64,000 bases of DNA from Patescibacteria group bacterium. GTDB taxonomy: Bacteria > Patescibacteriota > Microgenomatia > UBA10105 > UBA927. Shown here in pieces: positions 46,218 to 56,135 of the stretch (position 1 is the first letter of the stretch; each line of letters begins with the position of its first letter). Under the pieces are notes generated by a model that saw only the letters and a list, made by a program, of their open reading frames with translations, was not told where the DNA came from and made no database searches. The stretch spans positions 886,186 to 950,185 of the forward strand of contig JBMOPU010000012.1 of the NCBI GenBank assembly GCA_049322955.1. Reading direction: 5' to 3'. The position numbers and the translations under genes are program-made.

Positions 46218-47936
46218 TTATTTACCGGATCGTTGTTTCGGAAGTTTTTCTATGTAGCCTAATGACAGAAGTTTTTCGAGTATTTCTTTCTCGTATCGCT
46301 TATCGAAATTAAACGAGGCATCAAGATCAAAGTTCTGGGTTTTCCCGAGTTTCCATTTGTACTCTACATCGGGAAGCGTCCCGTTTAACGTAAATAATCT
46401 GAAATAATTGGCATCCAAAAATTCCGTCATCCACCAGTTGTAGGTTTTGGGATCGCCTCCCCATGGGGCAAAATCGCGCTGGAAGACGATAAGCTTTGGC
46501 CGGGTCTTGTTAAGATCGGCCAAAAGTTCATCCTTAATCTTATTCTTTGCCGCATGATCCAAAAACCAATGATACTTACTCGGTTGTTTTTTGGAGGTCA
46601 GGTAAAACAATTCCTCAAATTCAAACGGTCCGATATAGACATAATCCGACGGGTCGACGATCGCGTTGACATAGTGAGCTATCTGCGGACGGCTATAAAT
46701 AAGGGGCGCAGTCCCCATATACTTCGGAAAAAATTTCTGTTCCATTTTCATGACAAAATAAAGCGGCGTCGCTATCCAATACAACAGCAGTGCCGCATAC
46801 AATCCTCCCAGGGCAAGTTTTTTGGAAAATGCGATATGTTCCTCATCGATAAGTTCCCTGACGGCCCAAAGGGAAAATAATCCGTTGAAAAACGATGTGA
46901 TGATATAGACAAACGCCTGATAATCGGTTTCCCGAATTGACTGGGGATTACTCCTGGCATTGGAAAACACCAGCACGGTCAGAAGCGGAATAAGAAAAAG
47001 GAATCGCTTTCGTACGAGAACCAATACAATCGCCGCGGCGGATGAAAACGCAATGGTCACCTGGACCGGATTGCCGAGCGGGAAATCTTTTGCTCCCCAT
47101 ACCGCAAGAATATAGTTATTGATAAACGTGTCAAAAATAACCGCCGCATAACGGATCGGGTTAATGGGAGCACCGGGTGCATGCGGATAATTATAAATAT
47201 AATAGTTGGTGTTATACACGACATTCGCCCAGTAATAATCCGCAACACTTCCCGTAAGCACAAGATATGCGCCAAACAGCAGATACGGGGCGGCAAGAAG
47301 CGAAACTCCCGTGAGGATGCGGGGAAACACCGGTTGCTTCCCTCGTGCCGTCACAAAAAGATACAGCGCATACAGGGAAATCGCGGCAACGATAAAGATG
47401 TAGGTCATGGAGGTGAACCAGGAAAGAAACGCAAACCATCCCACGATCATGAGGTCCTCTTTTTCGAACTTTTCACCGTAGTAATCTTTAAGAAACAACA
47501 GGGCAAACGAGGGCAAAATGAAGTAGCCTGCCAGCGTGTCGGCAAGCAACATGTGCCCCCAAAAATACGTTCCCGATACTCCGATCACAAAAAGCAGGAC
47601 GACATAAAACGAGAGATTGCGTTTGGGGAGCCGTGATTTGATAAGAAAATACGACCCGATGAGCAACATAGACAGAACGATTTCCCATCCCACGCGAAAC
47701 TTCACAAACGATTGACCGCTAAACGGCAAAATGGTCGCCGCCATGACATAGGCGCCGGGCTGGTGATGTTGAAACCAATCACGATACGGAAGTTTTCCTT
47801 CGGTGATATAGCGACCGCCGACGATGCTGTCGAACTCGTCGGGATATTTTTCATGGAATGCGTTGGTGACGAAAACCGCAAGAAGCAGAAGAAAAACGGC
47901 AACGGTTGCCCAGTATTTTTTTACCCAATGCATCAT
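46218..47936 (-). CDS. GT-C-like polytopic glycosyltransferase (PMT_2-like)
   Basis: TM1 + YPDEFD...G....G..PYRD.F.HH.PG, many TMs, soluble C-terminal domain (P..IV). Confidence 0.68.
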   Translation of the reverse strand: MMHWVKKYWATVAVFLLLLAVFVTNAFHEKYPDEFDSIVGGRYITEGKLPYRDWFQHHQPGAYVMAATILPFSGQSFVKFRVGWEIVLSMLLIGSYFLIKSRLPKRNLSFYVVLLFVIGVSGTYFWGHMLLADTLAGYFILPSFALLFLKDYYGEKFEKEDLMIVGWFAFLSWFTSMTYIFIVAAISLYALYLFVTARGKQPVFPRILTGVSLLAAPYLLFGAYLVLTGSVADYYWANVVYNTNYYIYNYPHAPGAPINPIRYAAVIFDTFINNYILAVWGAKDFPLGNPVQVTIAFSSAAAIVLVLVRKRFLFLIPLLTVLVFSNARSNPQSIRETDYQAFVYIITSFFNGLFSLWAVRELIDEEHIAFSKKLALGGLYAALLLYWIATPLYFVMKMEQKFFPKYMGTAPLIYSRPQIAHYVNAIVDPSDYVYIGPFEFEELFYLTSKKQPSKYHWFLDHAAKNKIKDELLADLNKTRPKLIVFQRDFAPWGGDPKTYNWWMTEFLDANYFRLFTLNGTLPDVEYKWKLGKTQNFDLDASFNFDKRYEKEILEKLLSLGYIEKLPKQRSGK

Positions 47937-47952
47937 ATAAATTCCTTACGCT

Positions 47953-47963
47953 ATCATATCACA
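47953..47963 (-). promoter_or_regulatory. Candidate extended -10 (TGTGaTATGAT) followed by an AAGGA SD-like site
   Basis: Intergenic minus strand GTGTGATATGATAGCGTAAGGAATTTATATG. Confidence 0.5.
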
Positions 47964-47969
47964 CGCCCG

Positions 47970-48848
47970 TCACGATTCCCGAACCGATGATTTCCGAGCG
48001 AGGATGACCATGTTATCTTTCATGGGCACATAGAGCGGAAACCGCATCAGAATTGTTTTCCTGACCACGTCATACACAAAACGCGCCAAAAAGCTTTCCC
48101 CGGTAGTTCGTGCCAGATGTAACACATACCCCAAACTCAACCATTTCCCGACCCTGTGCCATTGAAACGGCGTCAACCCCGATTTGGTGAGGAGTGTTGT
48201 CACGTTTTTCCGGTTAAAAAAGAAAATATGTTGCGGCGGGATAAAAAACGTCCAGCGGCGTTTCATTACTTTTGCGGCTATACTTTGCGTATCGCCCGTC
48301 GCGATGATGATAATGCCGTCGGGTTTAAGATATGAGGTAAGTTTTTTGACGTCGGAAAGAGGGTCCTCAAGATGTTCGAAAACATCAAACATCGTAATGA
48401 CGTCAAAACTCGCTTTGGGGTATTTCACCTCGGCAATTGTCCCTTCTTTGATGCGTGCTTTCCCGACCAGGGCTCCCGCTTTTTGTACGGCAAAGGATGA
48501 AGGATCAAAGCCGTAGGCATCGTATCCTTTTTGCAACGCGAGTTCCACGACGTACCCGAACGCGCACCCGACATCGAGAAGTTTTCCGGTCGGTTTCTTT
48601 TCCGCGACAAAGGAAAGAAACTTTTGCATGTTTTTGGTGATCAGGGGTTTATCGAGCTCGTAATCGGCATATGCGCTTCTTGTGGGGTCACCTTCGTAAT
48701 AGCCCTGCGAATAGAATTCTTTTACAAATGCCGAGTAATCTCGCTTTAAGTCGGTTTCGGCAAGGTGACACCTTCCGCAACGGTAGAGCCAATATCCGTT
48801 CTTATAGAGATATTTATCAAGCGTGGTTTTGCAAAGGAGGCATTGCAT
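47970..48848 (-). CDS. SAM-dependent methyltransferase with N-terminal Zn-ribbon
   Basis: CLLC...CGRC, LLDVGCAFG, FDVITMFDVFEHL.DP, W....PP.H..FF. Confidence 0.9.
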   Translation of the reverse strand: MQCLLCKTTLDKYLYKNGYWLYRCGRCHLAETDLKRDYSAFVKEFYSQGYYEGDPTRSAYADYELDKPLITKNMQKFLSFVAEKKPTGKLLDVGCAFGYVVELALQKGYDAYGFDPSSFAVQKAGALVGKARIKEGTIAEVKYPKASFDVITMFDVFEHLEDPLSDVKKLTSYLKPDGIIIIATGDTQSIAAKVMKRRWTFFIPPQHIFFFNRKNVTTLLTKSGLTPFQWHRVGKWLSLGYVLHLARTTGESFLARFVYDVVRKTILMRFPLYVPMKDNMVILARKSSVRES

Positions 48849-48853
48849 AGCGG

Positions 48854-49774
48854 TTATGAAGGAAAAATCGAACTATCGCGGCGCCGCCAATGACGGGAAG
48901 CACGCAATCTGCTTTTATACAGAGCCGGAAACATACGAAATATCATGGCATAACCATACACCATTGCGGTGTCCCCGACAATCGCCGCCTGCACCAATCG
49001 AACGGGCATCCATAGACAATGCATGAGCCAAAGGGAAACGTCGGAGATGTTTTTCCAGAGAAATAAAAACTGGTTTCTATACACGATCCGTTTCACCGTT
49101 TCGGGAGTATAAGAGGTTTTAATCGCCCCTTCTTCATGAAAATGGTCCACAATACTTTTCGGTTCAAAGCGAATGGCATACCCCGCCTTGAGTATCTGAT
49201 ACGAAAGATCGATGTCTTCCCAATAAAACGGATTATAGATCGTATCCATACCGCCTAAGGTGTTCCATACGCTTCTTCTATACGCGGCGCTTCCGCCCGA
49301 TACCCAAGCGGTATCGGTCTTTGTCACCTCACCCTTTGCGTGGATAAAAAAGCCTTTTTCCCACCGGGCTATGCCCCTCCCGCGAAGTACGACCTCGTTT
49401 TTTTCATGACTTTTTTCCAAACACCCGACGGCGGCCAGCGTATCGTCCGCGGCAAATGCCGCAAGAAGCGGAGCCAGGAAATCTTTTTGGGGACGCACGT
49501 CGGTATTGAGTAAAACGACGATATCCCCGGTCGCTTTCGCAACGCCGCTATTGACGTTTCCGGCAAATCCTCTCTGTTTTTTGTTTTCGACCCGCACAAT
49601 CCCGGGGAATTCCTTTGCTAACACCCCTATCGAGTCATCGACGGAAGCGTCATCGGCAACGACAATTTCGGCGCCGTTTGCCGCCGCAATTACCGCGGGA
49701 AGATTTTTCCGAAGCAGTTTCGCCCCGTTCCAGTTGGGAATGACGATGCTTACCGAAAGTCGTGATGTTGTCAT
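48854..49774 (-). CDS. GT2 glycosyltransferase
   Basis: VIPNWNG, DDASVD, GFAGNVN.G, LLNTD, PFYWEDIDL. Confidence 0.9.
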   Translation of the reverse strand: MTTSRLSVSIVIPNWNGAKLLRKNLPAVIAAANGAEIVVADDASVDDSIGVLAKEFPGIVRVENKKQRGFAGNVNSGVAKATGDIVVLLNTDVRPQKDFLAPLLAAFAADDTLAAVGCLEKSHEKNEVVLRGRGIARWEKGFFIHAKGEVTKTDTAWVSGGSAAYRRSVWNTLGGMDTIYNPFYWEDIDLSYQILKAGYAIRFEPKSIVDHFHEEGAIKTSYTPETVKRIVYRNQFLFLWKNISDVSLWLMHCLWMPVRLVQAAIVGDTAMVYGYAMIFRMFPALYKSRLRASRHWRRRDSSIFPS

Positions 49775-49775
49775 A

Positions 49776-52016
49776 TCAGCGATACGATAGGGTTATCCGA
49801 TGCGTACCTTCAGGAACCGTCACGCCCATAAAAAGGTAATTTACCGGATATATCCGTAGTTTTTTTCCGCCATCAATTGTAGCAGACCATCGAGTGTCGT
49901 AGCGATTGAGAATCGTCAGGATTCTTCTGTTTGCCGTCGTCGTTCTTACCGTCATGGATTCATTGCGATAATTTTCTATCGTTACCGATTCGTCGCCGGA
50001 AAGCGGTGCGGACAATATGCGCTCGGATCCGTCATATACCGCCCGTCGGAGCGTCGATTCCTCAAAGAGAAGCGGGATGATATCATCTGTTTTTGCTTCT
50101 TTCACTTCCTCCGCCAGATAGACACGGGGCAACGCGTTACGATACTCGTACACCCGCGTGTCCCCTTCACGAAACACTTCGCGAAGGAACGGCTTTGTTA
50201 CCTCGGTAAGCGACAACACATACCGAACGTTAAAATATGGCAAAAGCACGGAATCGATCGTATGAGCGGTATAGATCCGATGAAACCCTGAGACTGCGGT
50301 GGGGTCATACTTGCCACGCTCGCTTGCGGAAAGAAAACGGTCATACCGAAGCGGAGCCATGGGATCATAGCCTTCAATAGACTCGATACCGTAGTAGGCG
50401 CCGGCATTCGGAGGAAGGATACGATCGTCAAGGCTCATGACCCGAAACGGTTTTTGCTGACGGGTCAAAAATTCTATTGTCTTGGTTGTCGGGAAGAAAT
50501 ATTCCCCCGGGGTGAACGGGGTAAATTTCCAACCGAATCGGAAAAGATCAACCACGCATACCGTAAAAACGGCTAGGCCGAGAACGGTACGGATTCCTTT
50601 TGCCCGTATGGTGTGATACAGGAAAAGCAAGGCAATACCGGCAATATATAATACCGTCGGAAGCACGATATTCCGCTTTGAAACGGCAAGATTTTCCGGG
50701 GTGATATGCAGTATTGTTTCAAATACTTTGCCATATACACCGATCCAAAGAAGCCCGATACTTCCCCCTATAAAAATCGCACTTATCAAAACCCGTCGTG
50801 ATTTTCCCATCATAAAATGCCGTGCGCCGTATGCCGTAAGGACCGCAAGACAAAGGGAAACAAGCGCCATCAGACGTGTCGGTTGCAACACCGAAAACAC
50901 CGGAATTTGGAGTTGAAAAGGGAACTTGCTCAACGGATGAGGAAGCATGAAAAACAATGCGGCAAACAATATCGACGAAAAAAAGCGGGGTTCGCCGGGA
51001 AGAAATAGGGCGCTTAACGCCAACAGTAACGGAACCATTCCGATATACCCCACAAATTCCCCGTAATTCCACTCTCCCCAGTAATTGAGCGTTGCGGGAT
51101 TTCCGAAAAAATCAGGAGCGATAAATTGGATGATATGCTCCCACGGCATAAACCATCCGGGATTTTTCCAGGCCGAAACTTCCGTCCCTCTTGCGGACTG
51201 AGAAAAAAATCCGATGAACGGTTGCCATTGCGGCAGAGTAATCAGGAGAATAACGGCTCCCGCGATAAGGAGCGCACGATACCGTTTCCCGTAATGCGGT
51301 GAATTCCATTGCCATAGGGCGTAGCATACGGCAAAAATTCCGCCGTACAGCGCGATTTGCATATGTCCTCCGAAAAGCATCATGCTCGCGGCCAAAACGA
51401 TAAGCACAATCGGGTGCACCCGTTGTTTTTTTTCGGCGGCCAGCAAATCGAGTCCCAGGAGCATAAGCGGAATCCAAAGGGCGGTGTGAACTATGGTCCC
51501 CCACGTAAGCCATGCGACACTAAATCCTCCGAATGCCCACGCGAGCGCGCCAAGCAGAGATGCCCCTGTCCCCAGTCCTCTGCGGGCAAGATAAAGGTAG
51601 GCAAAAAGGAGCATCAACACCGGTTGAACGGTAATCAGCAGTGTCCAGGCGGAAGGAAAATCAGTCACAAAAAAAAGCAAATTAAACGGGTAAAAGGGCG
51701 CCGCTTGAATATTTGCATCCAACGGAACGCCGGCAAACGAATACGGATTAAGTTTCGGCACCGTTCCCTGTTTCCATGCATCAATAACCGTTTTTTTCCA
51801 GGGTATCTGCTGACGGACGGGATCGGTAATCAAAAAGTTTTTATAGGGAACTCCGCGCGGATTTGTATCCGCATACAGATCCCGCCAGGGATGATACAGA
51901 CCGACGAGGGTATCCGTCGGAACGGGTAATTTTCTATGAAGAATCGTCGGATAAAAAAACACCGATGCGAGACCGACGCATACGGCAACCACTATCCAAA
52001 AATGAACCCGCTTCAT
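49776..52016 (-). CDS. YfhO-like GT-C membrane glycosyltransferase
   Basis: TDPVRQQIPWK, NPYSFAG.PL.AN.Q.A.FYP, GGH.Q, PDFFGNPAT.NYWG, EGYDP, LPRVY. Confidence 0.8.
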   Translation of the reverse strand: MKRVHFWIVVAVCVGLASVFFYPTILHRKLPVPTDTLVGLYHPWRDLYADTNPRGVPYKNFLITDPVRQQIPWKKTVIDAWKQGTVPKLNPYSFAGVPLDANIQAAPFYPFNLLFFVTDFPSAWTLLITVQPVLMLLFAYLYLARRGLGTGASLLGALAWAFGGFSVAWLTWGTIVHTALWIPLMLLGLDLLAAEKKQRVHPIVLIVLAASMMLFGGHMQIALYGGIFAVCYALWQWNSPHYGKRYRALLIAGAVILLITLPQWQPFIGFFSQSARGTEVSAWKNPGWFMPWEHIIQFIAPDFFGNPATLNYWGEWNYGEFVGYIGMVPLLLALSALFLPGEPRFFSSILFAALFFMLPHPLSKFPFQLQIPVFSVLQPTRLMALVSLCLAVLTAYGARHFMMGKSRRVLISAIFIGGSIGLLWIGVYGKVFETILHITPENLAVSKRNIVLPTVLYIAGIALLFLYHTIRAKGIRTVLGLAVFTVCVVDLFRFGWKFTPFTPGEYFFPTTKTIEFLTRQQKPFRVMSLDDRILPPNAGAYYGIESIEGYDPMAPLRYDRFLSASERGKYDPTAVSGFHRIYTAHTIDSVLLPYFNVRYVLSLTEVTKPFLREVFREGDTRVYEYRNALPRVYLAEEVKEAKTDDIIPLLFEESTLRRAVYDGSERILSAPLSGDESVTIENYRNESMTVRTTTANRRILTILNRYDTRWSATIDGGKKLRIYPVNYLFMGVTVPEGTHRITLSYR

Positions 52017-52019
52017 AGA

Positions 52020-53072
52020 TTATTTCTCCCATCCCGCAATCAGCGCATCAAACGCACGGGTAAATTCCGCGTCACTAAAATCCTTGGCTTTTGCAATTCC
52101 CTTACCCGCCATTGATTGCATGGTTTTTTTATCGTCGATGAGCGCTTTGGTGAAACGGACTAATTCTTCCGGCGTATGCCATACACGACCGGTTACGCCG
52201 TCTTGGACAATCTCCAGTTGTCCGCCCGCGGCATACACAAGCGGAACAATACCCGCACTCATCGCCTCGGCGGTGGTTATCCCGAAATGTTCCATGTTCA
52301 CGGGATCGGTTACCCCGAATCCCGCGGCATGCCAATAAAACTGACTCGTCTGATACAGTGCAAGCAGTTCATCGTTGGTTATATTCGGGCAAAGCATAAC
52401 CGGGGTATTTTTCACCTTTTCACTCAGACGGGCAAAATATGCCTCATCGGACGGAATAAGCCCGCCCGCGAGCACTAACTGCCACCCTTTCAATAGATCG
52501 GACCGGTATCCGTCAAGAAACGCATCAATAAGCACGTCCTGTTTTTTTGCCTGGAAATATCCGGTAAATCTCCCCACCGAAAGTATCTGCTGTTTCCGCT
52601 TCCTGTTATGCCCGGGCGGCACCTGTTGAACGGGAGGATAAATTACCACCGCTTTTTCCCCTATCTGCGCATCCAACTGGTTCTTGGTAAATTCCGAATT
52701 GCATACGACGGCGTCATATCGACGCATTTTCCACGGATCAACAAGTACGGAGGCAAACGGCACCTGGAAGTGCAAAATATTATGTCTCGCCAATGTCCCG
52801 GGGATGCTTCCGTCACTCAGGAAAAAAATCAGATCATACTTTCGTGATTGCCAGAGTTTTTCAAAAATGTTGCCGTTTTTAAAAATATTCGGAACAACTT
52901 GAATACCCGACAGATCCAAACCGAATCGTTTTTCAGACTGGCTTATTATTTTCGGATCATCCCAAAACAGGGAAACCTGATGTTTTTTTGCCCAGTGGCT
53001 TGCAAGCGTCAGCGTGTATCGCTCGCCGCCGCCGAGACCGTCAAAGTAAGGATTATAAAACCCGATCTTCAT
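52020..53072 (-). CDS. GT4 glycosyltransferase, ALG11/ALG2-like
   Basis: GGGERY, NSEFTK, IYPPV, ILSVGRF, KKQ...I.AF, EHFGITTAEAMSAG, GG..EIV. ATG at 53072. Confidence 0.88.
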   Translation of the reverse strand: MKIGFYNPYFDGLGGGERYTLTLASHWAKKHQVSLFWDDPKIISQSEKRFGLDLSGIQVVPNIFKNGNIFEKLWQSRKYDLIFFLSDGSIPGTLARHNILHFQVPFASVLVDPWKMRRYDAVVCNSEFTKNQLDAQIGEKAVVIYPPVQQVPPGHNRKRKQQILSVGRFTGYFQAKKQDVLIDAFLDGYRSDLLKGWQLVLAGGLIPSDEAYFARLSEKVKNTPVMLCPNITNDELLALYQTSQFYWHAAGFGVTDPVNMEHFGITTAEAMSAGIVPLVYAAGGQLEIVQDGVTGRVWHTPEELVRFTKALIDDKKTMQSMAGKGIAKAKDFSDAEFTRAFDALIAGWEK

Positions 53073-55375
53073 TTTTTTGCCTTTCTGCGGAACATGAGAC
53101 CTAATCCTAGTGTAGCAAATCCGCTTACGATAGATCCCCACCATATATACGACGGCATATAGTGCATGCGCACCGTATGCGTACCCGCGGGAACGGCGAT
53201 CGCCCGAAACGCATAATCCGCACGATAGACGGGGGTTTTTATTCCGTCAACGGCCGCATGCCATCCCCTGTCATAGGCGTCGGAAAGGAAAAGAAGCGCG
53301 TCAGATGAGGTTTCAACGCCGATGATCACTTCATTGGGCGTGTAGGAAAGGATTGTCGCACTTCCCGTTCCGGGCTTCGGCGTAAGATGCGGCGTCGTTT
53401 CAAGGACCAGCGTACTCCGTCGATCCATCCCCTCCTTATACAACATATCGAGAACGGGCTGGTCGCCCGTTGCCGAGACAAACGAATACGCCAAAAATGC
53501 GCGGGGGTAACTTTCGGTGTTTTCGAGAATTTCAAAATGCTCATCCTCCCAGACGCGGTTGTAAGCGGGATATTCCCAAAACGGATATGCCCACGGAAGT
53601 CTGCCGTCGCTTTTTTTATGGAAATAATATCGCACCCCGAGAAGATTCAGCATGTCTTGGCTGTACTTGCCGTGTTTGTCAAAAACGACGACCGACCGGT
53701 CCACGGGACGCAGTATGCCTTCGCTGACGGATCCTATGAGCTTTCCGTATCGGTAACTATAGACCGCATCGTATCCCTCGATAAGCGGGATACCGAACGC
53801 AGAGCCCACTTCATTGCCGATGTTGCCGAATGCACGCGTATAACGTTGCCCGGTAAGACGTCGTAACTGTGTGATCGCGGGAACCTCAGGATACACCAGC
53901 GACTGCGGATCAAAGGGCATCCATTTTGCCGTAAAGCGATACATATCCACTCCCGTGATGAGCACAAATACCAACGGCAGGAGCCTAACAACCTTTCCGG
54001 AAAACATGATGCCCGACACAACAACCGCCATCCACAGGACGGCAAATCCCGTGGGAAGGGCAAGATTACGCATGGCGATGGCGAGTTTATCGGACGGAAG
54101 CGGCCGCGCGATGATAAGCGTCCCCCACAACACGAGCAACACGCCTCCCACACCGAGCACGCTCCCTATCAGCGTTTTTTTATTTCGTTTTGCCCACCAG
54201 TTCCGTACGGTATCCGTACCGTACGCGGAAAGCACGGCAAGGGAAAAACTCGCCAGAATGATGATCCGTGACGCGGAGCTTGTCGATAAGACCGGAATTT
54301 TGAGGAAGAACAAAAGATCAACAAGCGGTGTCTGGTATGCAAAAAGTAACGGAAGCACCGACATCACCGCAAAGAACCGCACCTCGCGAAGCCGTCTTCC
54401 GAAGACGGCGGCTATGACCGCAAAAAACAGCGGGGCTACGCCGACATATCCGGCCCATTCCGCATAGTGACCGAACCAATCGTTTCTTGTTACGGGATTG
54501 CCGTAAAAGTCAGGGGCAAGGAGCGTGGGGAAATATTGCCACGGAATCACTTCTCCCTTGATAAATAGCGTACTGCGCACCGCTTCCGTATAGGCTATAA
54601 AACCGGAAAAAATTTGCGGGGCGGCAATAAGTACCCCCGCCAATACGGCAAAAACCGCTCCGGGTACTTTGTGCCTATTCGTTTTATCAAACCATACAAG
54701 CACACAATACCCCAAAACATACAACAGTACGTACAGACTCATTTGAAAATGCCCGGAAAGAAACGAAAGTGCTATCGCTCCGGCGACAAGGAAACCTCCC
54801 GACCGGTATGCGGTGCCGATCAGGAGATCTATACCCAACAGCGCATACGGAAGGAATAACACGGCATACCCTAACGTCCCGTACGCCATCCATACGGTCA
54901 TAAATCCGCAGAACATAAATGCGATGCTTCCGATCAGCCGAGCTTCGACGCTTAAGGCTCGCCGTGACAGGAAAAGATACATACCCGCACCCGCAAGCAG
55001 AGGCTGGAGCAAAATCATCAGGCTCCATGCGAGTTTTTCCGGAAACAAAAATAACAGATTAACGGGGGAAAACACCGCCGTTTGATACGTCCCTACATGG
55101 CTGGTTCCCGAAAAACTGTACGGATTCCACAGAGGAAGTTGTCCCTGTTTCCACGAAGAGACGGTCAACCGCTTCCAGGGATAGATCTGGGTAATGACGT
55201 CAGGCATCGCATTATTTTTCACCGGCATCGCATACGTCGCCGCCCAGGGGGTAAAAAACGTGGCAAGGTAACTCCCGGGAAACGGCATGTTGCCCGAAAG
55301 AATCGGTGCCCCCAAAAGACCGGTGAGAAACAGAATGACACCGAAAGGCAAAAATCGATGTAACAGTTTATTCAT
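53069..55375 (-). CDS. YfhO-like GT-C membrane glycosyltransferase
   Basis: PDVITQIYPWK, PLWNPYSFSG, SGHFQ, PDFYGNP.TRN, EGYD, YPRAF, LSDAY..GW.A.VDG. ATG at 55375. Confidence 0.8.
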   Translation of the reverse strand: MNKLLHRFLPFGVILFLTGLLGAPILSGNMPFPGSYLATFFTPWAATYAMPVKNNAMPDVITQIYPWKRLTVSSWKQGQLPLWNPYSFSGTSHVGTYQTAVFSPVNLLFLFPEKLAWSLMILLQPLLAGAGMYLFLSRRALSVEARLIGSIAFMFCGFMTVWMAYGTLGYAVLFLPYALLGIDLLIGTAYRSGGFLVAGAIALSFLSGHFQMSLYVLLYVLGYCVLVWFDKTNRHKVPGAVFAVLAGVLIAAPQIFSGFIAYTEAVRSTLFIKGEVIPWQYFPTLLAPDFYGNPVTRNDWFGHYAEWAGYVGVAPLFFAVIAAVFGRRLREVRFFAVMSVLPLLFAYQTPLVDLLFFLKIPVLSTSSASRIIILASFSLAVLSAYGTDTVRNWWAKRNKKTLIGSVLGVGGVLLVLWGTLIIARPLPSDKLAIAMRNLALPTGFAVLWMAVVVSGIMFSGKVVRLLPLVFVLITGVDMYRFTAKWMPFDPQSLVYPEVPAITQLRRLTGQRYTRAFGNIGNEVGSAFGIPLIEGYDAVYSYRYGKLIGSVSEGILRPVDRSVVVFDKHGKYSQDMLNLLGVRYYFHKKSDGRLPWAYPFWEYPAYNRVWEDEHFEILENTESYPRAFLAYSFVSATGDQPVLDMLYKEGMDRRSTLVLETTPHLTPKPGTGSATILSYTPNEVIIGVETSSDALLFLSDAYDRGWHAAVDGIKTPVYRADYAFRAIAVPAGTHTVRMHYMPSYIWWGSIVSGFATLGLGLMFRRKAKK

Positions 55376-56135
55376 GCGACTTTTTTTGCTGTAATTCCCA
55401 CAACTTCGCATACGTGATAAACAAGCTAAAGCCCTGATAGATGCTTTCGATCCATCCGACCGTACCGGCACGCCATCCGCCGAGTGTGAAAAACGAATGG
55501 AAAAAGCCCGTAAGGGTAACGCGGATCATGCGCCACCAGGTCATGGCAGGATGACGGGCGACAAAACGCAACTCGGCTTCCGTTTCACTCCACTCATTTG
55601 TTTTATCGACCATTTCCGCAAGCGTCCGATGCGTATCATGGAGAAGCTCTCCTTCCAGTCGCGCCACTTTCCCTTCAATACGCGCCGTTTCATGAAGTTC
55701 TCCTTCCCACCCGCGAAATGCCGAAACCCGAAACAGCCTCAGCATCCATTCACCTCCCGGCCATGGGTGCCCCAGATAGTAGTTTTTCCGATACAGCTCG
55801 TAGCCGGCAATCGGGGTTTCATTTTTCCCCGAAAGCACGGCTTCTATCGCCCGTGCCAGTGTCGGGGTCACCATCTCATCGGCATCAACAGAAAGCACCC
55901 ACGCACCCGATACATACTTCATCGCATGATTGCGAAGCGTCGCAAACCCTTCATGACGCACCGTAATCACCCGTGCCCCCGCGTGTTTTGCGACAATTGC
56001 GGTCTCGTCTGAGGAGCCGTTGTCTATAACGATAATTTCTCCCAAGTCGCCCAAGGCACCGATACACCCACCGATACGCGGTGCTTCGTTTCTGGCGACA
56101 ATAACGATACTAAGCGTTTGTTTTTTTCGGTTCAT
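55368..56135 (-). CDS. GT2, WaaE/KdtX-like beta-glycosyltransferase
   Basis: ARNEA, IDNGS.D, RN.A, W.LSVDADE, RKNYYLG, RLF, LHE. ATG at 56135. Confidence 0.88.
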   Translation of the reverse strand: MNRKKQTLSIVIVARNEAPRIGGCIGALGDLGEIIVIDNGSSDETAIVAKHAGARVITVRHEGFATLRNHAMKYVSGAWVLSVDADEMVTPTLARAIEAVLSGKNETPIAGYELYRKNYYLGHPWPGGEWMLRLFRVSAFRGWEGELHETARIEGKVARLEGELLHDTHRTLAEMVDKTNEWSETEAELRFVARHPAMTWWRMIRVTLTGFFHSFFTLGGWRAGTVGWIESIYQGFSLFITYAKLWELQQKKSHE

